64,000 bases of DNA. Origin: a virus (lineage: Duplodnaviria; Heunggongvirae; Uroviricota; Caudoviricetes). The notes under the pieces are model-generated. The model searched no databases, was not told where the DNA came from, and was given only the letters and a program-made list of their open reading frames with translations. The stretch is taken from positions 81,172-145,171 of the IMG/VR virus record IMGVR_UViG_3300032303_001313; one strand, given 5' to 3'. Below are positions 29,895 to 39,914 of this stretch, piece after piece (within the stretch, counting starts at the first letter, position 1; each line of letters starts with the position of its first letter). A program made the translations under genes and the position numbers.

Positions 29895-30278
29895 TTACTT
29901 ATTCATGAATATCTCTGACGGCTTAATGCATGGCTCATTATCTGCGTCTACACCTAAACCCTTTAACATCTTCATCTTTGTGGATGGGGAAATTTGGCTG
30001 AAAACTTTCATAATATGGTCGCCATTACCATCATTAATCATAGCCTCTTTAATGATATCAATAGCCTCTACTACTGATTGATCAGATGCTAAAATGTCTA
30101 ATATTCTACATAAAGATTTTATAGACTCTTCACTATAATCTTGCATTTGAACATCTAGTATTGGCGAGTCTAAATCGTTATCAAGTACAACAAATGTAAC
30201 AGATGCTAATACATTTGGCCCATCTTCTGCCAATATTTCTGGTTCTTTTTCCTTTTTTTTGAGAAAATCAAATAACAT
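29895..30278 (-). CDS. hypothetical acidic protein
   Basis: ORF. Confidence 0.3.
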   Translation of the reverse strand: MLFDFLKKKEKEPEILAEDGPNVLASVTFVVLDNDLDSPILDVQMQDYSEESIKSLCRILDILASDQSVVEAIDIIKEAMINDGNGDHIMKVFSQISPSTKMKMLKGLGVDADNEPCIKPSEIFMNK

Positions 30279-31341
30279 CTAAAATCTTCCTTCCTGTGTT
30301 ATGCCAACTAAACTGTTTAGCAGTATCTAATCCAGCACTATTAACTTTCAATCTACCCTGCGTATTCAACAAATGAATGTCTCGCATATGTTGTATAGCA
30401 GCAATTTTGGCTTGATTATCAAACTTGGCCCAATTACCCTGACCATGAAACCATTTTCCATCATATGCTGTTTCTGTTTCACTTATAGGAATTAGTTGGC
30501 AATTGTGTTTATTACAAAACTCTGTATGGGCAGAATAATCTGTGGTAATTATGTGTTTTCCGCAAGCCATCATTTCAAGCACTTCTAGATTCCACCCCTC
30601 TGCCCGTGAGGGAAATATGCCACAGTGAACTTGTGACATAATGTTATACACTTCCTCTTGAGTCCTTTGATATGGGATAATGTGTATTTTTGAGCCTAAT
30701 TTGGAGTTTTTGTATAAGTCTATCCACTCCATAGTCTCATTATCTTTAAGAAAAGGATTTGAACACATCATAAAAAATTCAACATTATCATCTTCGTTGA
30801 ATGCAAGATTGAATAGTTCAACTAATACATCATGCCCCTTACGAATTTCCCATTTGCCACAATTAAGGAATCTCGTCGGGGTGTCAACTGGCATAGCAGA
30901 TTCTTTGAATATAGAAGAGTCAACCCCTAAAGGGACAACTTTTACATTTTCTTCTAAAATCTTGATATTCTCAAGTATTACTTTCTTAGCCCATTCTGAG
31001 CATACGAAAATCATATCAAGAGATTCAAGTTGATGTTTTTCTACATCATTGAACTTATCTAATTCAAAGATAGGGAATCCTATCCTTTTGCCACGACCCA
31101 CAAATTGGGCCATATCGTGCTGATGCCATATTTTAATGCACGGGGCGTCATATGAGAAAAATCTACCTTTATCTAAACATTTTCTTACTAATTCTGCATC
31201 ATTATTGTTATTGACCGATGGCGACCCAATCACATTTAGTGATACGTCTTTGGAATGAAGATCAGATAAGGATTTGAGAATGTTAAGACCAGTAACTCCA
31301 TATCCTAGACTATTGATTGGGGCCAGTAAGTTTATTTTCAT
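30268..31341 (-). CDS. glycosyltransferase (GT1/GT4 fold)
   Basis: N-terminal KINLLAPINSLGYGVTGLNILKSL and a C-terminal GT4-like region (CGKHIITTDYSAHTEF). Confidence 0.55.
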   Translation of the reverse strand: MKINLLAPINSLGYGVTGLNILKSLSDLHSKDVSLNVIGSPSVNNNNDAELVRKCLDKGRFFSYDAPCIKIWHQHDMAQFVGRGKRIGFPIFELDKFNDVEKHQLESLDMIFVCSEWAKKVILENIKILEENVKVVPLGVDSSIFKESAMPVDTPTRFLNCGKWEIRKGHDVLVELFNLAFNEDDNVEFFMMCSNPFLKDNETMEWIDLYKNSKLGSKIHIIPYQRTQEEVYNIMSQVHCGIFPSRAEGWNLEVLEMMACGKHIITTDYSAHTEFCNKHNCQLIPISETETAYDGKWFHGQGNWAKFDNQAKIAAIQHMRDIHLLNTQGRLKVNSAGLDTAKQFSWHNTGRKILDVI

Positions 31342-31892
31342 GCGTTTACCTTATTGTATTTGAAAAAGAACCACCTTTTTAGTTTTGATACATCTTGCTC
31401 ATTGTTTATTTTATCAAGATAGCCAAGTATTTCACTTAATGAGTTAAAGATATGTTCATGGGGTAACATAAAAAACAACCAGTTTGGTGCGTGTCTTTTA
31501 CCCTGTTTGCACCATACTAATACTGGCTTTTTTTGCCTGTTAGCAGTAACTATTTCTTCATATGTACCACAGGCATGAATATCTATATCTATGTAGGCAA
31601 TAATAAAGTCTGAAATATCAACGCATCTTAGGTCTGCATTTCTTATGATACCAAACTCAGGTTTAATCTTATCAAACTGACCAGTTTCTTTATATGAATC
31701 TATTATATTTCTTGTATCTTCGTTCTCTATAACCCCATCTATTGGTTTGTTACATGGATCAATAACTGTAACCCCCATTTTTCTTAGGAGTCCACCTATC
31801 CTTTGTCTCCATTCAATACCACAGTCTGGAACTCTATCCATAGCACCGACTAGATATGTTCTCATTCCAACAAGATTATTCACTGAATCCAT
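31338..31892 (-). CDS. nucleoside 2-deoxyribosyltransferase-like protein
   Basis: Size (184 aa) and the TYLVGAMD N-terminal motif resemble Ndt/DUF4406 family members. Confidence 0.3.
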   Translation of the reverse strand: MDSVNNLVGMRTYLVGAMDRVPDCGIEWRQRIGGLLRKMGVTVIDPCNKPIDGVIENEDTRNIIDSYKETGQFDKIKPEFGIIRNADLRCVDISDFIIAYIDIDIHACGTYEEIVTANRQKKPVLVWCKQGKRHAPNWLFFMLPHEHIFNSLSEILGYLDKINNEQDVSKLKRWFFFKYNKVNA

Positions 31893-32283
31893 TATCTATA
31901 CTCCACCATATTTTGTTTATGTCTAGTGACTCTATAATCATACTGCACCTTTCACAAGGTTTACTATATCTTAGTTCGCCCCTTCTGTTAAGACGAATAA
32001 CAACCATTTTCAAACTGTTGTCAATATAGTGCTTTCCCCACAGTCTAGAAATCAAGTCTGTTTCTGCGTGGAAGTGGGGATATACTAACTCAGTATTGAA
32101 ACGCTTTGAAAGAACAAAAGCCTTGGTGTGAGTTTTTTCTGGATTATTTTGACCAATAGCCAAAAGTTTATTTCTCTTGAAACCAAAAGCAAAATGAAAG
32201 AATTTGTATTTTATACTTCTTTCTTCTTTTACTTTAGGAAGCAAACTAAGTGCAATTTGGTGAGATTGATCTAATATGTTCAT
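31876..32283 (-). CDS. zinc-dependent CDA-fold deaminase (divergent, small)
   Basis: HAETDLI (H-x-E) and SKPCERCSMII (PCxxC) zinc-binding signature of the cytidine/dCMP/tRNA deaminase superfamily. Confidence 0.5.
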   Translation of the reverse strand: MNILDQSHQIALSLLPKVKEERSIKYKFFHFAFGFKRNKLLAIGQNNPEKTHTKAFVLSKRFNTELVYPHFHAETDLISRLWGKHYIDNSLKMVVIRLNRRGELRYSKPCERCSMIIESLDINKIWWSIDNGFSE

Positions 32284-32735
32284 AATGTAATGGTATTAAC
32301 TGTTACTAACTTAATGAATTGCTCAATAGTTGTGATTTCGTGATTGTCAAAAATGTCGCTAGTCTTATTCTTAGCCTCAGTCTTTTTGTAACCAAGAGCA
32401 ACTAAGCAGCCGATGCAATCATTGTAAAGAGCCTCGTCACGCTGCGGCTTAAATGGTTGTGCGGCCACTGGAGTAGAAGGTGGGGGAGTAGTAACGGGTT
32501 TTGTTGTAGGCGTTGCAACCTTCTGCTTGGGCTTGGAAACTGTAGTTCTACGAACTTTAGGACGATTGGGGATAACTGGAATTGGTTCAAAGTAGTCATC
32601 AACATAACCAATGATATACTTGTCACTGATTTTGTTATCTTTGTTGTAATAACCCTTGATAGTATATACAACTAATGCAATTACGAAAATAATTGCAAAG
32701 ATAGTGCCTACATATGGTTCTGGTTGTGGATTCAT
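32280..32735 (-). CDS. membrane-anchored Pro/Thr-rich protein with RuvA-C-like C-terminus
   Basis: Likely start at MNPQPEPYV; TM IFAIIFVIALVVYTI; C-terminal CIGCLVALGYKKTEAKN resembles RuvA domain III. Confidence 0.3.
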   Translation of the reverse strand: MNPQPEPYVGTIFAIIFVIALVVYTIKGYYNKDNKISDKYIIGYVDDYFEPIPVIPNRPKVRRTTVSKPKQKVATPTTKPVTTPPPSTPVAAQPFKPQRDEALYNDCIGCLVALGYKKTEAKNKTSDIFDNHEITTIEQFIKLVTVNTITL

Positions 32736-32857
32736 GGTTGTTACCTTACCGTGGATTCTACCATATAGTATCGACTTGTCAAGTGTCGGAAGATTAAAAA
32801 AAATGGCCCGAAGCACAGAGCAACGGGCCACTTTCTTAAATCAGTAGAGTTGAAAAC

Positions 32858-33199
32858 TCACTCTTTTTCGCTTTCCTGTCCAACAACAGCGGCAGCAGCA
32901 GGCCCAAGAGAAATCTCGTCTGCCATTATACAGACAGACATTTTCTTGTTACCTTCCTTATCTGGATATTCTTCAATCTTCAACTTTCCTTGAACTCCAA
33001 CTAACCTTCCTCTTGTTAGATGAACCTTTAGAGCCTCTGCCATTTTTCCAAAACATAGAATATTAAGGAAAAGAGGTTCTTCGTCTCTTCGATCATTTAC
33101 TGCCATTCGGAACTTTGCCATAGTAGTACCCTTTTGAGTTGTACTAATATCAGCGTCCTTTGTTAGTCTTCCGCAACCAAGCCATGTATTCATATTCAT
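32858..33199 (-). CDS. ssb: single-stranded DNA-binding protein
   Basis: OB-fold pattern (LGCGRLTKDADI...AKFRMAVNDRR...FLNILCFGKMAE...GRLVGVQGKL) and an acidic C-terminus. Confidence 0.65.
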   Translation of the reverse strand: MNMNTWLGCGRLTKDADISTTQKGTTMAKFRMAVNDRRDEEPLFLNILCFGKMAEALKVHLTRGRLVGVQGKLKIEEYPDKEGNKKMSVCIMADEISLGPAAAAVVGQESEKE

Positions 33200-33203
33200 G
33201 CTA

Positions 33204-33542
33204 TCATACCTCCAAAGCCTGACGAATTCTTCCTCTTAGTACCTGAGTATTACCATTGTTACGACTAGCAATAGTAGCACTATAAAACTGTCTTGCAACA
33301 GAACGTGGAATTCCTAGAAGACGGGCTGCAAATTCAGTTCCTCGCCTTGTGTCAGAAGTAATCCAAAATCCTGCCAATCCTGCCAATCCTGCTTTATGAG
33401 CAAGTGCTGTAATAGGATTTAGGGAACGTCCACGCCAAAACCCGCTCTTAATAACAGCAGTAATCCTGCCGTCGTTATCAACATTCCAGTTATATGCTTT
33501 TGCAACATTCTCTAGTCGATCAAAAATCTCGTTATACTTCAT
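33204..33542 (-). CDS. hypothetical protein
   Basis: GC-elevated ORF containing a 9-bp tandem repeat (AGLAGLAG). Confidence 0.3.
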   Translation of the reverse strand: MKYNEIFDRLENVAKAYNWNVDNDGRITAVIKSGFWRGRSLNPITALAHKAGLAGLAGFWITSDTRRGTEFAARLLGIPRSVARQFYSATIASRNNGNTQVLRGRIRQALEV

Positions 33543-33544
33543 AA

Positions 33545-33805
33545 TTATTCTCCAGTTACTGATGTAGTTAAACTATCCTCAAACTTCTTTACCTTTTCCG
33601 AACACTTATTAACATACAGAGATAGATGTTCTATATCTGTTGCAATTTTCTTTTGACTTTCTTGCAACTCTAGTATCCTTGCTACAACTGAGTTTATATG
33701 CTCTTTAGCCATATCAAGAACGGCTTTTGTTTCATCCATTTTTATTCTCCTTGTTTCCGTATTATACCACTCATGATCCATAAAAACATTATCCCTTCTG
33801 CTCAT
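33545..33805 (-). CDS. hypothetical coiled-coil protein
   Basis: ORF. Confidence 0.3.
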   Translation of the reverse strand: MSRRDNVFMDHEWYNTETRRIKMDETKAVLDMAKEHINSVVARILELQESQKKIATDIEHLSLYVNKCSEKVKKFEDSLTTSVTGE

Positions 33806-33989
33806 AAGTCAAGTAATCAAGTACTTGAGTATGAGTCCAATTAGGTTGGTAATTATCGTCAGTAGACAAACGTGCTAGTTCTATATATTCACGCTCTAAT
33901 CTAACTAGTAATTCTGCTAAGAATTCTAGTCTATTTTCATGCATACAATCTTCTATTAGAGTTAATGCTGTTCTAACTTCGCTGTTCAT
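33789..33989 (-). CDS. hypothetical protein
   Basis: ORF. Confidence 0.25.
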   Translation of the reverse strand: MNSEVRTALTLIEDCMHENRLEFLAELLVRLEREYIELARLSTDDNYQPNWTHTQVLDYLTYEQKG

Positions 33990-34413
33990 ATTCTATTAAC
34001 TCCACTTTTGCTTGTTTGAATAACCAACGAGATATTTCAAGATTTGATTTCCATCTATCGATTTGACAAGTATATGATACTACTCTTTTAATCTTTTTCT
34101 GTATTACAACACTAGCACAATTTGGGCATGGCATGAATGGGTAAGTATATAATGTACATGATTGTAAACTTTGATTAGCAAAAAGTATTGCATTCATTTC
34201 ACCATGCACTATCACCTTGTATTTAATATCACGATCAAATAACATACTTGGATCGTCAGGAACATTTTGTGGGAATCCATTATATCCTATGGATATTATC
34301 TGATTGCAATCATTTACTATAACAGCCCCGACCTTTGTTGATGGGTCTTTTGACCAATTTGAAATATGTTCTGCTAAATCAAGGAACCTATGATCCCACT
34401 TTGGAATACTCAT
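33973..34413 (-). CDS. dCMP deaminase
   Basis: VHGEMNAI (HxE) and PCPNCA zinc-binding motifs; ComEB/dCMP-deaminase size. Confidence 0.8.
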   Translation of the reverse strand: MSIPKWDHRFLDLAEHISNWSKDPSTKVGAVIVNDCNQIISIGYNGFPQNVPDDPSMLFDRDIKYKVIVHGEMNAILFANQSLQSCTLYTYPFMPCPNCASVVIQKKIKRVVSYTCQIDRWKSNLEISRWLFKQAKVELIEYEQRS

Positions 34414-34545
34414 ACCATAATAATCCTAAATTAGCAAATACATAACCGGCCCACATTACACCGTGAGGATTGTCGCCCTGCCGAAAACAACTAATACAAG
34501 TTGTAAGATAGCATATTGTTGAGATAATAATAGCGGGAATAGCCA

Positions 34546-35646
34546 TCAAACACTCCGATCAAAATGTACTCTATTGACTCTTATGAACTCTGCACACTTT
34601 GGTAGGTCTTTCAAAGTATCTGCACCAACATATGCGCACGCACTTCTTATTCCACCAAGTATATCCTCAATTACTATAGACACATCGCCCTTATATGGCA
34701 CTCGTATTGTACGACCTTCGCTTGCACGATATGACTTTATTCCGCCATATTTTTCTTGTGCTGTATGAGAACTCATTCCATAGTAAGTAAACTCTGTTTT
34801 TCTTTTTTCTAATTTGAAATTATTTTCGGGATATTGTTTTCCAAAACCATACTCTATAGTATTGTCGTATTTCCAAAATCCCTCACATTGCTCAGTACCT
34901 GCTAAAATTCCTCCAAGCATCACAAAGTCGGAACCAGCCGCAAACGCTTTTACAACATCTGAGGAAGTTCTACAACCCCCATCAGCACAAATCAATCCTA
35001 GTCGCCTGTCTCCATTTTTTAATCCGTGTGCTGCATGAGAACATTCTATAATAGCAGAAAGTTGTGGATAACCCACTCCGGTTTTCAATCTTGTTGTACA
35101 AGCAGAGCCGGGGCCAATACCAACCTTAACTATGTCTGCACCGCCATGAAGAATTAGTTCATGAACCATTTCTGGAGTACATACATTACCAGCCATTATA
35201 ATTGGCTTATTTCCAAACTTATCTCTTATTTTACGACAGTGTTCTACAAAATTATCGGTATATCCATTTGCAACATCAATACAGATATTTGGAATATATG
35301 CTATTCTATCAATTATTTCTGAAAGTTTTTCTACTTCATTACCATTAATACCCATGCTATACCAGTAGGTATTTACTTCTATGGGATTTTTGACGTAATC
35401 TTCTATTTGATAATATTTGTGTAGGCAAGTAATGCATCTTTTTTCTGATAGAGATTTTGCCATTTCAAATGTACCAGTGGTATCCATATTTGCAATACAA
35501 ATTGGTGTTCCTGTCCAAGTCAAAGACGAATGAAAAAAATGAAATGTTCTGCTGATATCTACATTTTTTCTAGAGGCCGCTTTACTTCTCTGTGGAACTA
35601 AAAGCACATCATCAAAATCCAATTTAACTTCATTATCTATTTTCAT
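34546..35646 (-). CDS. GMP reductase / IMP dehydrogenase family protein (GuaC-like, no CBS domains)
   Basis: TIM-barrel catalytic motifs GIGPGSACTTR and GGCRTSSDVVKAFAAG; 366 aa without CBS insert. Confidence 0.7.
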   Translation of the reverse strand: MKIDNEVKLDFDDVLLVPQRSKAASRKNVDISRTFHFFHSSLTWTGTPICIANMDTTGTFEMAKSLSEKRCITCLHKYYQIEDYVKNPIEVNTYWYSMGINGNEVEKLSEIIDRIAYIPNICIDVANGYTDNFVEHCRKIRDKFGNKPIIMAGNVCTPEMVHELILHGGADIVKVGIGPGSACTTRLKTGVGYPQLSAIIECSHAAHGLKNGDRRLGLICADGGCRTSSDVVKAFAAGSDFVMLGGILAGTEQCEGFWKYDNTIEYGFGKQYPENNFKLEKRKTEFTYYGMSSHTAQEKYGGIKSYRASEGRTIRVPYKGDVSIVIEDILGGIRSACAYVGADTLKDLPKCAEFIRVNRVHFDRSV

Positions 35647-36166
35647 CGTTAACCCTTCTGCATAATTCTATAAATTCTTTGATATCCATATCCATTTTTA
35701 TTTGATTAATTTTTTTATGCACCCAATGGACATTTGATTTTTTATATCCAATATTATTATTGATTCTATCAAGAGATGCTGTAGTTTCTACTCTATTATG
35801 TGATTTTCCTCTTTTGCCAAATTGAATATTTAATCCAGATATAGCACACTTACTATTTTGTTTTTCAAAAATAGCCCAAGCTTCTTCTATTGACAGATCA
35901 AATGCAATGCCTCTTTTTTGTGCATTTCTTTTATATTGATACCATATACCGCCTTGAATATCTTTGTAGCCTTTCCATTTTCTATGGAGTGATCCTTTAG
36001 TAGTTTCTCTACAGCCGCACGTTTTAGTAATTCCAAACTTATTTCTAGCTATTATTTTTTGGCGACCACACTCACACACACATCTATATTTTGATATTTT
36101 ATTGTTTTCTTTTATAATTTCTAATATTTGTAGACTATATTTTTTATGACCTACGTCGTTTTTCAT
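35633..36166 (-). CDS. HNH homing endonuclease (HNH_3-type)
   Basis: KCAISGL...SLDRINNNIGYKKSNVHWV with an N-terminal CxC..C zinc knuckle; free-standing between guaC-like and rIIB-like genes. Confidence 0.6.
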   Translation of the reverse strand: MKNDVGHKKYSLQILEIIKENNKISKYRCVCECGRQKIIARNKFGITKTCGCRETTKGSLHRKWKGYKDIQGGIWYQYKRNAQKRGIAFDLSIEEAWAIFEKQNSKCAISGLNIQFGKRGKSHNRVETTASLDRINNNIGYKKSNVHWVHKKINQIKMDMDIKEFIELCRRVNDENR

Positions 36167-36339
36167 TTTTGTTCCTTTATAATGTACTGGTTATGTATTT
36201 ATATACACTATAAGCGGTATTTCAATGGTCCCATCTGCTCAAAAAAGATCCTCATAGAACGAGTAAGACATTATTCATCAGTCACTCCAAAGAAAAAACC
36301 GACAGGGGAATTTCTTCCCCCATCGGCTTTGACACACAA

Positions 36340-37209
36340 TCAAACACTAACAGTCTGCCTACGCTTGGAAAGAACTCTATTAAGCCTATCCATCTTTGCA
36401 GTAACCTCAACAACCCAATCGCGGTTACGCTTCTTACGATTAACATGCTCAATATCATCGCCGGTCATATGAACGACCTTATCAAAAATTGTATTGAATT
36501 CAGATACAACTTCGTAACGACAAGTGCGGAGTTTCTGATACTTACTATCATAAGGAACACACATAACGTCGCGTGGATTGACCTTACAAATCATCAGTTT
36601 ATTTCCGCCGTCATTGTCATCATCAAGATCGATACCGCCATAACTCTTTGCATAGTCAATTGCACCAACATGAAGCCCCTTACCACAACCAGTACTACGA
36701 TTAGAATTAACGTCTGATCGACTGACAGTAGGAGTGCATCCAACACTATTATCAAAAGAGCAAGAGTAAATATCCTTGTAGTCCGAACGAACAGCCTTGT
36801 AAGCAAGGAAATGTCCATCATATGTAATGGGCATATTCTTGTTGTTCATAAAATCAAACAGTTCAACAATAGCATGATCGGACGGATTCTGACTCATGTT
36901 ATCAAGGAAATTAAGCATAGGCTCAAATGGAAATCCTTGCTGAATCATATCCACAACAGTATTGGTGAACATATCCGGCATCTTAATTCCATCCCACATC
37001 AAATTACCATCTTCGCACTGAACATATCCATCACAGAAATTATTAACGTGAGAAATCATGTCATAGCAAGCCTCAAAATACTCAACATTGTCATTCTTAA
37101 GGTGAGTAATCAACTTATTGTAATTTGGGTGAGCCTTACCAAAAACGTAAATCTCGCCCCCAACAACCGCCGTCACGTTACCATCATTAGCAATAATGTA
37201 CTTCATCAT
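36340..37209 (-). CDS. rIIB: rIIB-like protein
   Basis: Position immediately downstream of the rIIA-like gene; size and conserved N-terminus. Confidence 0.4.
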   Translation of the reverse strand: MMKYIIANDGNVTAVVGGEIYVFGKAHPNYNKLITHLKNDNVEYFEACYDMISHVNNFCDGYVQCEDGNLMWDGIKMPDMFTNTVVDMIQQGFPFEPMLNFLDNMSQNPSDHAIVELFDFMNNKNMPITYDGHFLAYKAVRSDYKDIYSCSFDNSVGCTPTVSRSDVNSNRSTGCGKGLHVGAIDYAKSYGGIDLDDDNDGGNKLMICKVNPRDVMCVPYDSKYQKLRTCRYEVVSEFNTIFDKVVHMTGDDIEHVNRKKRNRDWVVEVTAKMDRLNRVLSKRRQTVSV

Positions 37210-37232
37210 TTTCTCCTTTGTGTGTTATACTC

Positions 37233-39362
37233 TCAAACGCTAGCCAAAACACGTTGACTATCGCGTTCAACGGAATCGATGTACCTAGCAATCGCCTTTT
37301 GATCATTCTCGTTGTACGGTACGCTCATAAATCGGAGCAGTTCGTACTTAGACATTTCTGCATCGAAAATATCGATGAACCTATTATCGGGCTTAATCTG
37401 CCCAATATTAATCGACCGAACATTAGGAATCAACTTAGACATTTCATAGATAGGAAGAATATCATCCTTAATCTTATTGAACTTCGTAGTATGTTCCTTG
37501 AATTCTACCGCAGTCTCTCTAGCAAGATTGTATTCCGAAGTCTTTTCCAGAACGGGCATCCACTTGTTCAAGTTTTGCTTTGAAAGTGAAGTGGGAGTCA
37601 GGGCGATCTTGATGTTATCCTCATTCATATCGATGATATTATTGAAGATAGTAGTAAGAATAGTTTCACCCTTTGTCCAATTATCACGGAAAGCAATCTT
37701 ACGATTTTCGACCACAGATGGCTTAAGAAGGTAAAACACGGCATCGCCAAGCATATCTTCATGATTTTCATGAATGTAGTTTAGAATGTGTGCGAGAGTA
37801 TTCTCGTCACTATTCCTATGACCAATATCGATAATGTTCCTAGACTCTGCAAAATAGTGAGCATTTTCATATTTAACACTCATGTTACAGATTTCAAACT
37901 GAGCAGTCTCAGGATTGAAAACCCGTGCTTGAATAGCGGGGCCACCGCCACCACTACTGCTACGATCATAGTTCACTTTTTCAAGCGAAGAAGTAAGAAC
38001 AATATCTTCTGTAGTGGCATCGCCCATAAGTGTGAGAAGTTGGCAATTCTCGGCAGTTTCGCCTTCACGCAACTTGTAGATGTAATGATACTGATTCATA
38101 CCAGTATTATACTTATCCTTCATTGCTTGACGAATACGACTGATTCCGCCACGCTTAAGATCGTCCACGAAAAAGATACTCTTGTAATAGTAAGGAGAGA
38201 ACACAATTCGTTCAATATCCTTCTTGACTTCAATCTTAGACCTATATGACGACTTTTCAGCAGAACTAACACTCAACTTCTTATTGATTTCGATATATTC
38301 TCCAGCCATATTATCAAACAACTTAACATCATTCCATGTAATAGACTTGTTAAGAGATTCAATAACTGCTCCTATAGAAGCACAACGATTGCCAAGTTCA
38401 ACGTACTTGAGTCGAGCCTTGAACAGAGTCGGCTGAGAATTAATCTCTTCGACCACCTTAGCCTTGATTTCCTCGTAAATACTATTCACCACATTGGTAA
38501 TAGTCTCACAAGTGGACTTTCCATACGAAAGAGATTCACGACTAGGAGTAATATCCACATCGCCAATCTTCACAAAGATTCGCAGACTAGTAGAATCATT
38601 AAGGAACTTGCAAACCTTATCTTCTGGCTGTCCAACTTTGTCAGAATGAATAGGATATGCAATCTGCCCCATGATAACAAGGTTGTTATTAGACTTAGCA
38701 TCATAGTACCAATTGTCACCACTAATCACTTTAGTGGGATTGTGGATATCAATCTTACTACCAAGAATATTGGGCTTGGTATTGAAAAACTTGTAGACAT
38801 TAGCCGCCTCATTCTCAAAGCGGTAAATGTCGAACTCATTCACACTAAGAGAAACCTTAATACCGTTAGGTTCGTCCGTAGGAAGAGTTTCCATAAGCGA
38901 AAACACCGGATTACCATTAGAATCCTTGTAAGCGTTGTAAATACGTCGCTCGCCGTCCACAAAAGACTCGACAGTAAAACTATCGGCATATGCGAACGGG
39001 GACTTGCTACCAAGACCAAGGCAACCCACAGAATCGTTACTATTATTTCGCGTACTAAGGAAATAAGTAGTATACAACTTCATACAGTTTTCATGACTCA
39101 TGCCCGTGCCGTAGTCACGAATATAGAAGGTGGGAACGAGGCGGGTGGGAATATGAACGTCAAATGGGACGTTAGCCTTGCCAGCCTCAACGTGAGAATC
39201 GTAGGCATTAGTAGAAAGTTCTCGCACGACCGCAAGAATCTTATTAGAATACAGACCATCAGAAAGAATAAAGAAAGCCTTTGCCGAAGCCTCAATACTG
39301 TACTTCGACTCTTCAAAATCGCCCGACTTCTCAACAGTGTGCGTACCAGTGTGCATTTTCAT
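37233..39362 (-). CDS. rIIA: rIIA-like protein (GHKL/HATPase_c domain)
   Basis: ELSTNAYDS (GHKL N-box) and DYGTGMS (G1 box) near the N-terminus; about 709 aa. Confidence 0.6.
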   Translation of the reverse strand: MKMHTGTHTVEKSGDFEESKYSIEASAKAFFILSDGLYSNKILAVVRELSTNAYDSHVEAGKANVPFDVHIPTRLVPTFYIRDYGTGMSHENCMKLYTTYFLSTRNNSNDSVGCLGLGSKSPFAYADSFTVESFVDGERRIYNAYKDSNGNPVFSLMETLPTDEPNGIKVSLSVNEFDIYRFENEAANVYKFFNTKPNILGSKIDIHNPTKVISGDNWYYDAKSNNNLVIMGQIAYPIHSDKVGQPEDKVCKFLNDSTSLRIFVKIGDVDITPSRESLSYGKSTCETITNVVNSIYEEIKAKVVEEINSQPTLFKARLKYVELGNRCASIGAVIESLNKSITWNDVKLFDNMAGEYIEINKKLSVSSAEKSSYRSKIEVKKDIERIVFSPYYYKSIFFVDDLKRGGISRIRQAMKDKYNTGMNQYHYIYKLREGETAENCQLLTLMGDATTEDIVLTSSLEKVNYDRSSSGGGGPAIQARVFNPETAQFEICNMSVKYENAHYFAESRNIIDIGHRNSDENTLAHILNYIHENHEDMLGDAVFYLLKPSVVENRKIAFRDNWTKGETILTTIFNNIIDMNEDNIKIALTPTSLSKQNLNKWMPVLEKTSEYNLARETAVEFKEHTTKFNKIKDDILPIYEMSKLIPNVRSINIGQIKPDNRFIDIFDAEMSKYELLRFMSVPYNENDQKAIARYIDSVERDSQRVLASV

Positions 39363-39405
39363 AATTGCTAGTCTCCAAAAAGTGCTAAGTGCTGTGTGTG
39401 CTATG

Positions 39406-39433
39406 AGTGTACCAGAGTTATCGGCACTGTCAA
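39406..39433 (-). promoter_or_regulatory. sigma70-like promoter candidate upstream of rIIA-like gene
   Basis: On the minus strand: TTGACA, 16 nt, then TACACT about 45 nt upstream of the rIIA ATG, in a 249-bp intergenic region. Confidence 0.3.
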
Positions 39434-39611
39434 GCGTCTGTCTTGAAAAAAAATTATTCGCTCTCTCTAATCCTATACATTATGGAATAACACCACATAC
39501 TTCCATATTCGCTAGTGCTACATGACAGATTTGTAGACATTACATCTATATTTTGATTTTCATATAACCAGTGTTCAACTGATAGTTTGTCATTAAAGAA
39601 TTTTACTTTGA

Positions 39612-39914
39612 TCATTGAATTCCCTCTACATCAAAAGATATTGGTTCTAAAGCAAAGTCAACAAGATATCCATCTACATAATCAAACCATTGATCCAAAA
39701 ATTCTTTAATTGAGTTTATATTTTCTGTGCAATATCTATAAGAGTTATAGTCATTTATAGAATCATCCCATATAACTATAGAATCATAATCAGATTCAAC
39801 ATTTTCTGGTTCTTCTTTGAAATATCTTGCTACTAATAAATCTATCGGAGAATGTCGGCTATTTTTCATAGCACGAATGATATCACTCTCTTTCATTTCA
39901 AGTCTGATCTTCAT
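39612..39914 (-). CDS. hypothetical protein
   Basis: ORF. Confidence 0.3.
   Translation of the reverse strand: MKIRLEMKESDIIRAMKNSRHSPIDLLVARYFKEEPENVESDYDSIVIWDDSINDYNSYRYCTENINSIKEFLDQWFDYVDGYLVDFALEPISFDVEGIQ

Noticed and set aside
33361-33390. Tandem repeat CCTGCCAAT x2-3
   Set aside because: Lies in-frame inside ORF 33204..33542 and encodes AGLAGLAG. It is a trivial coding repeat, not a CRISPR or regulatory array.
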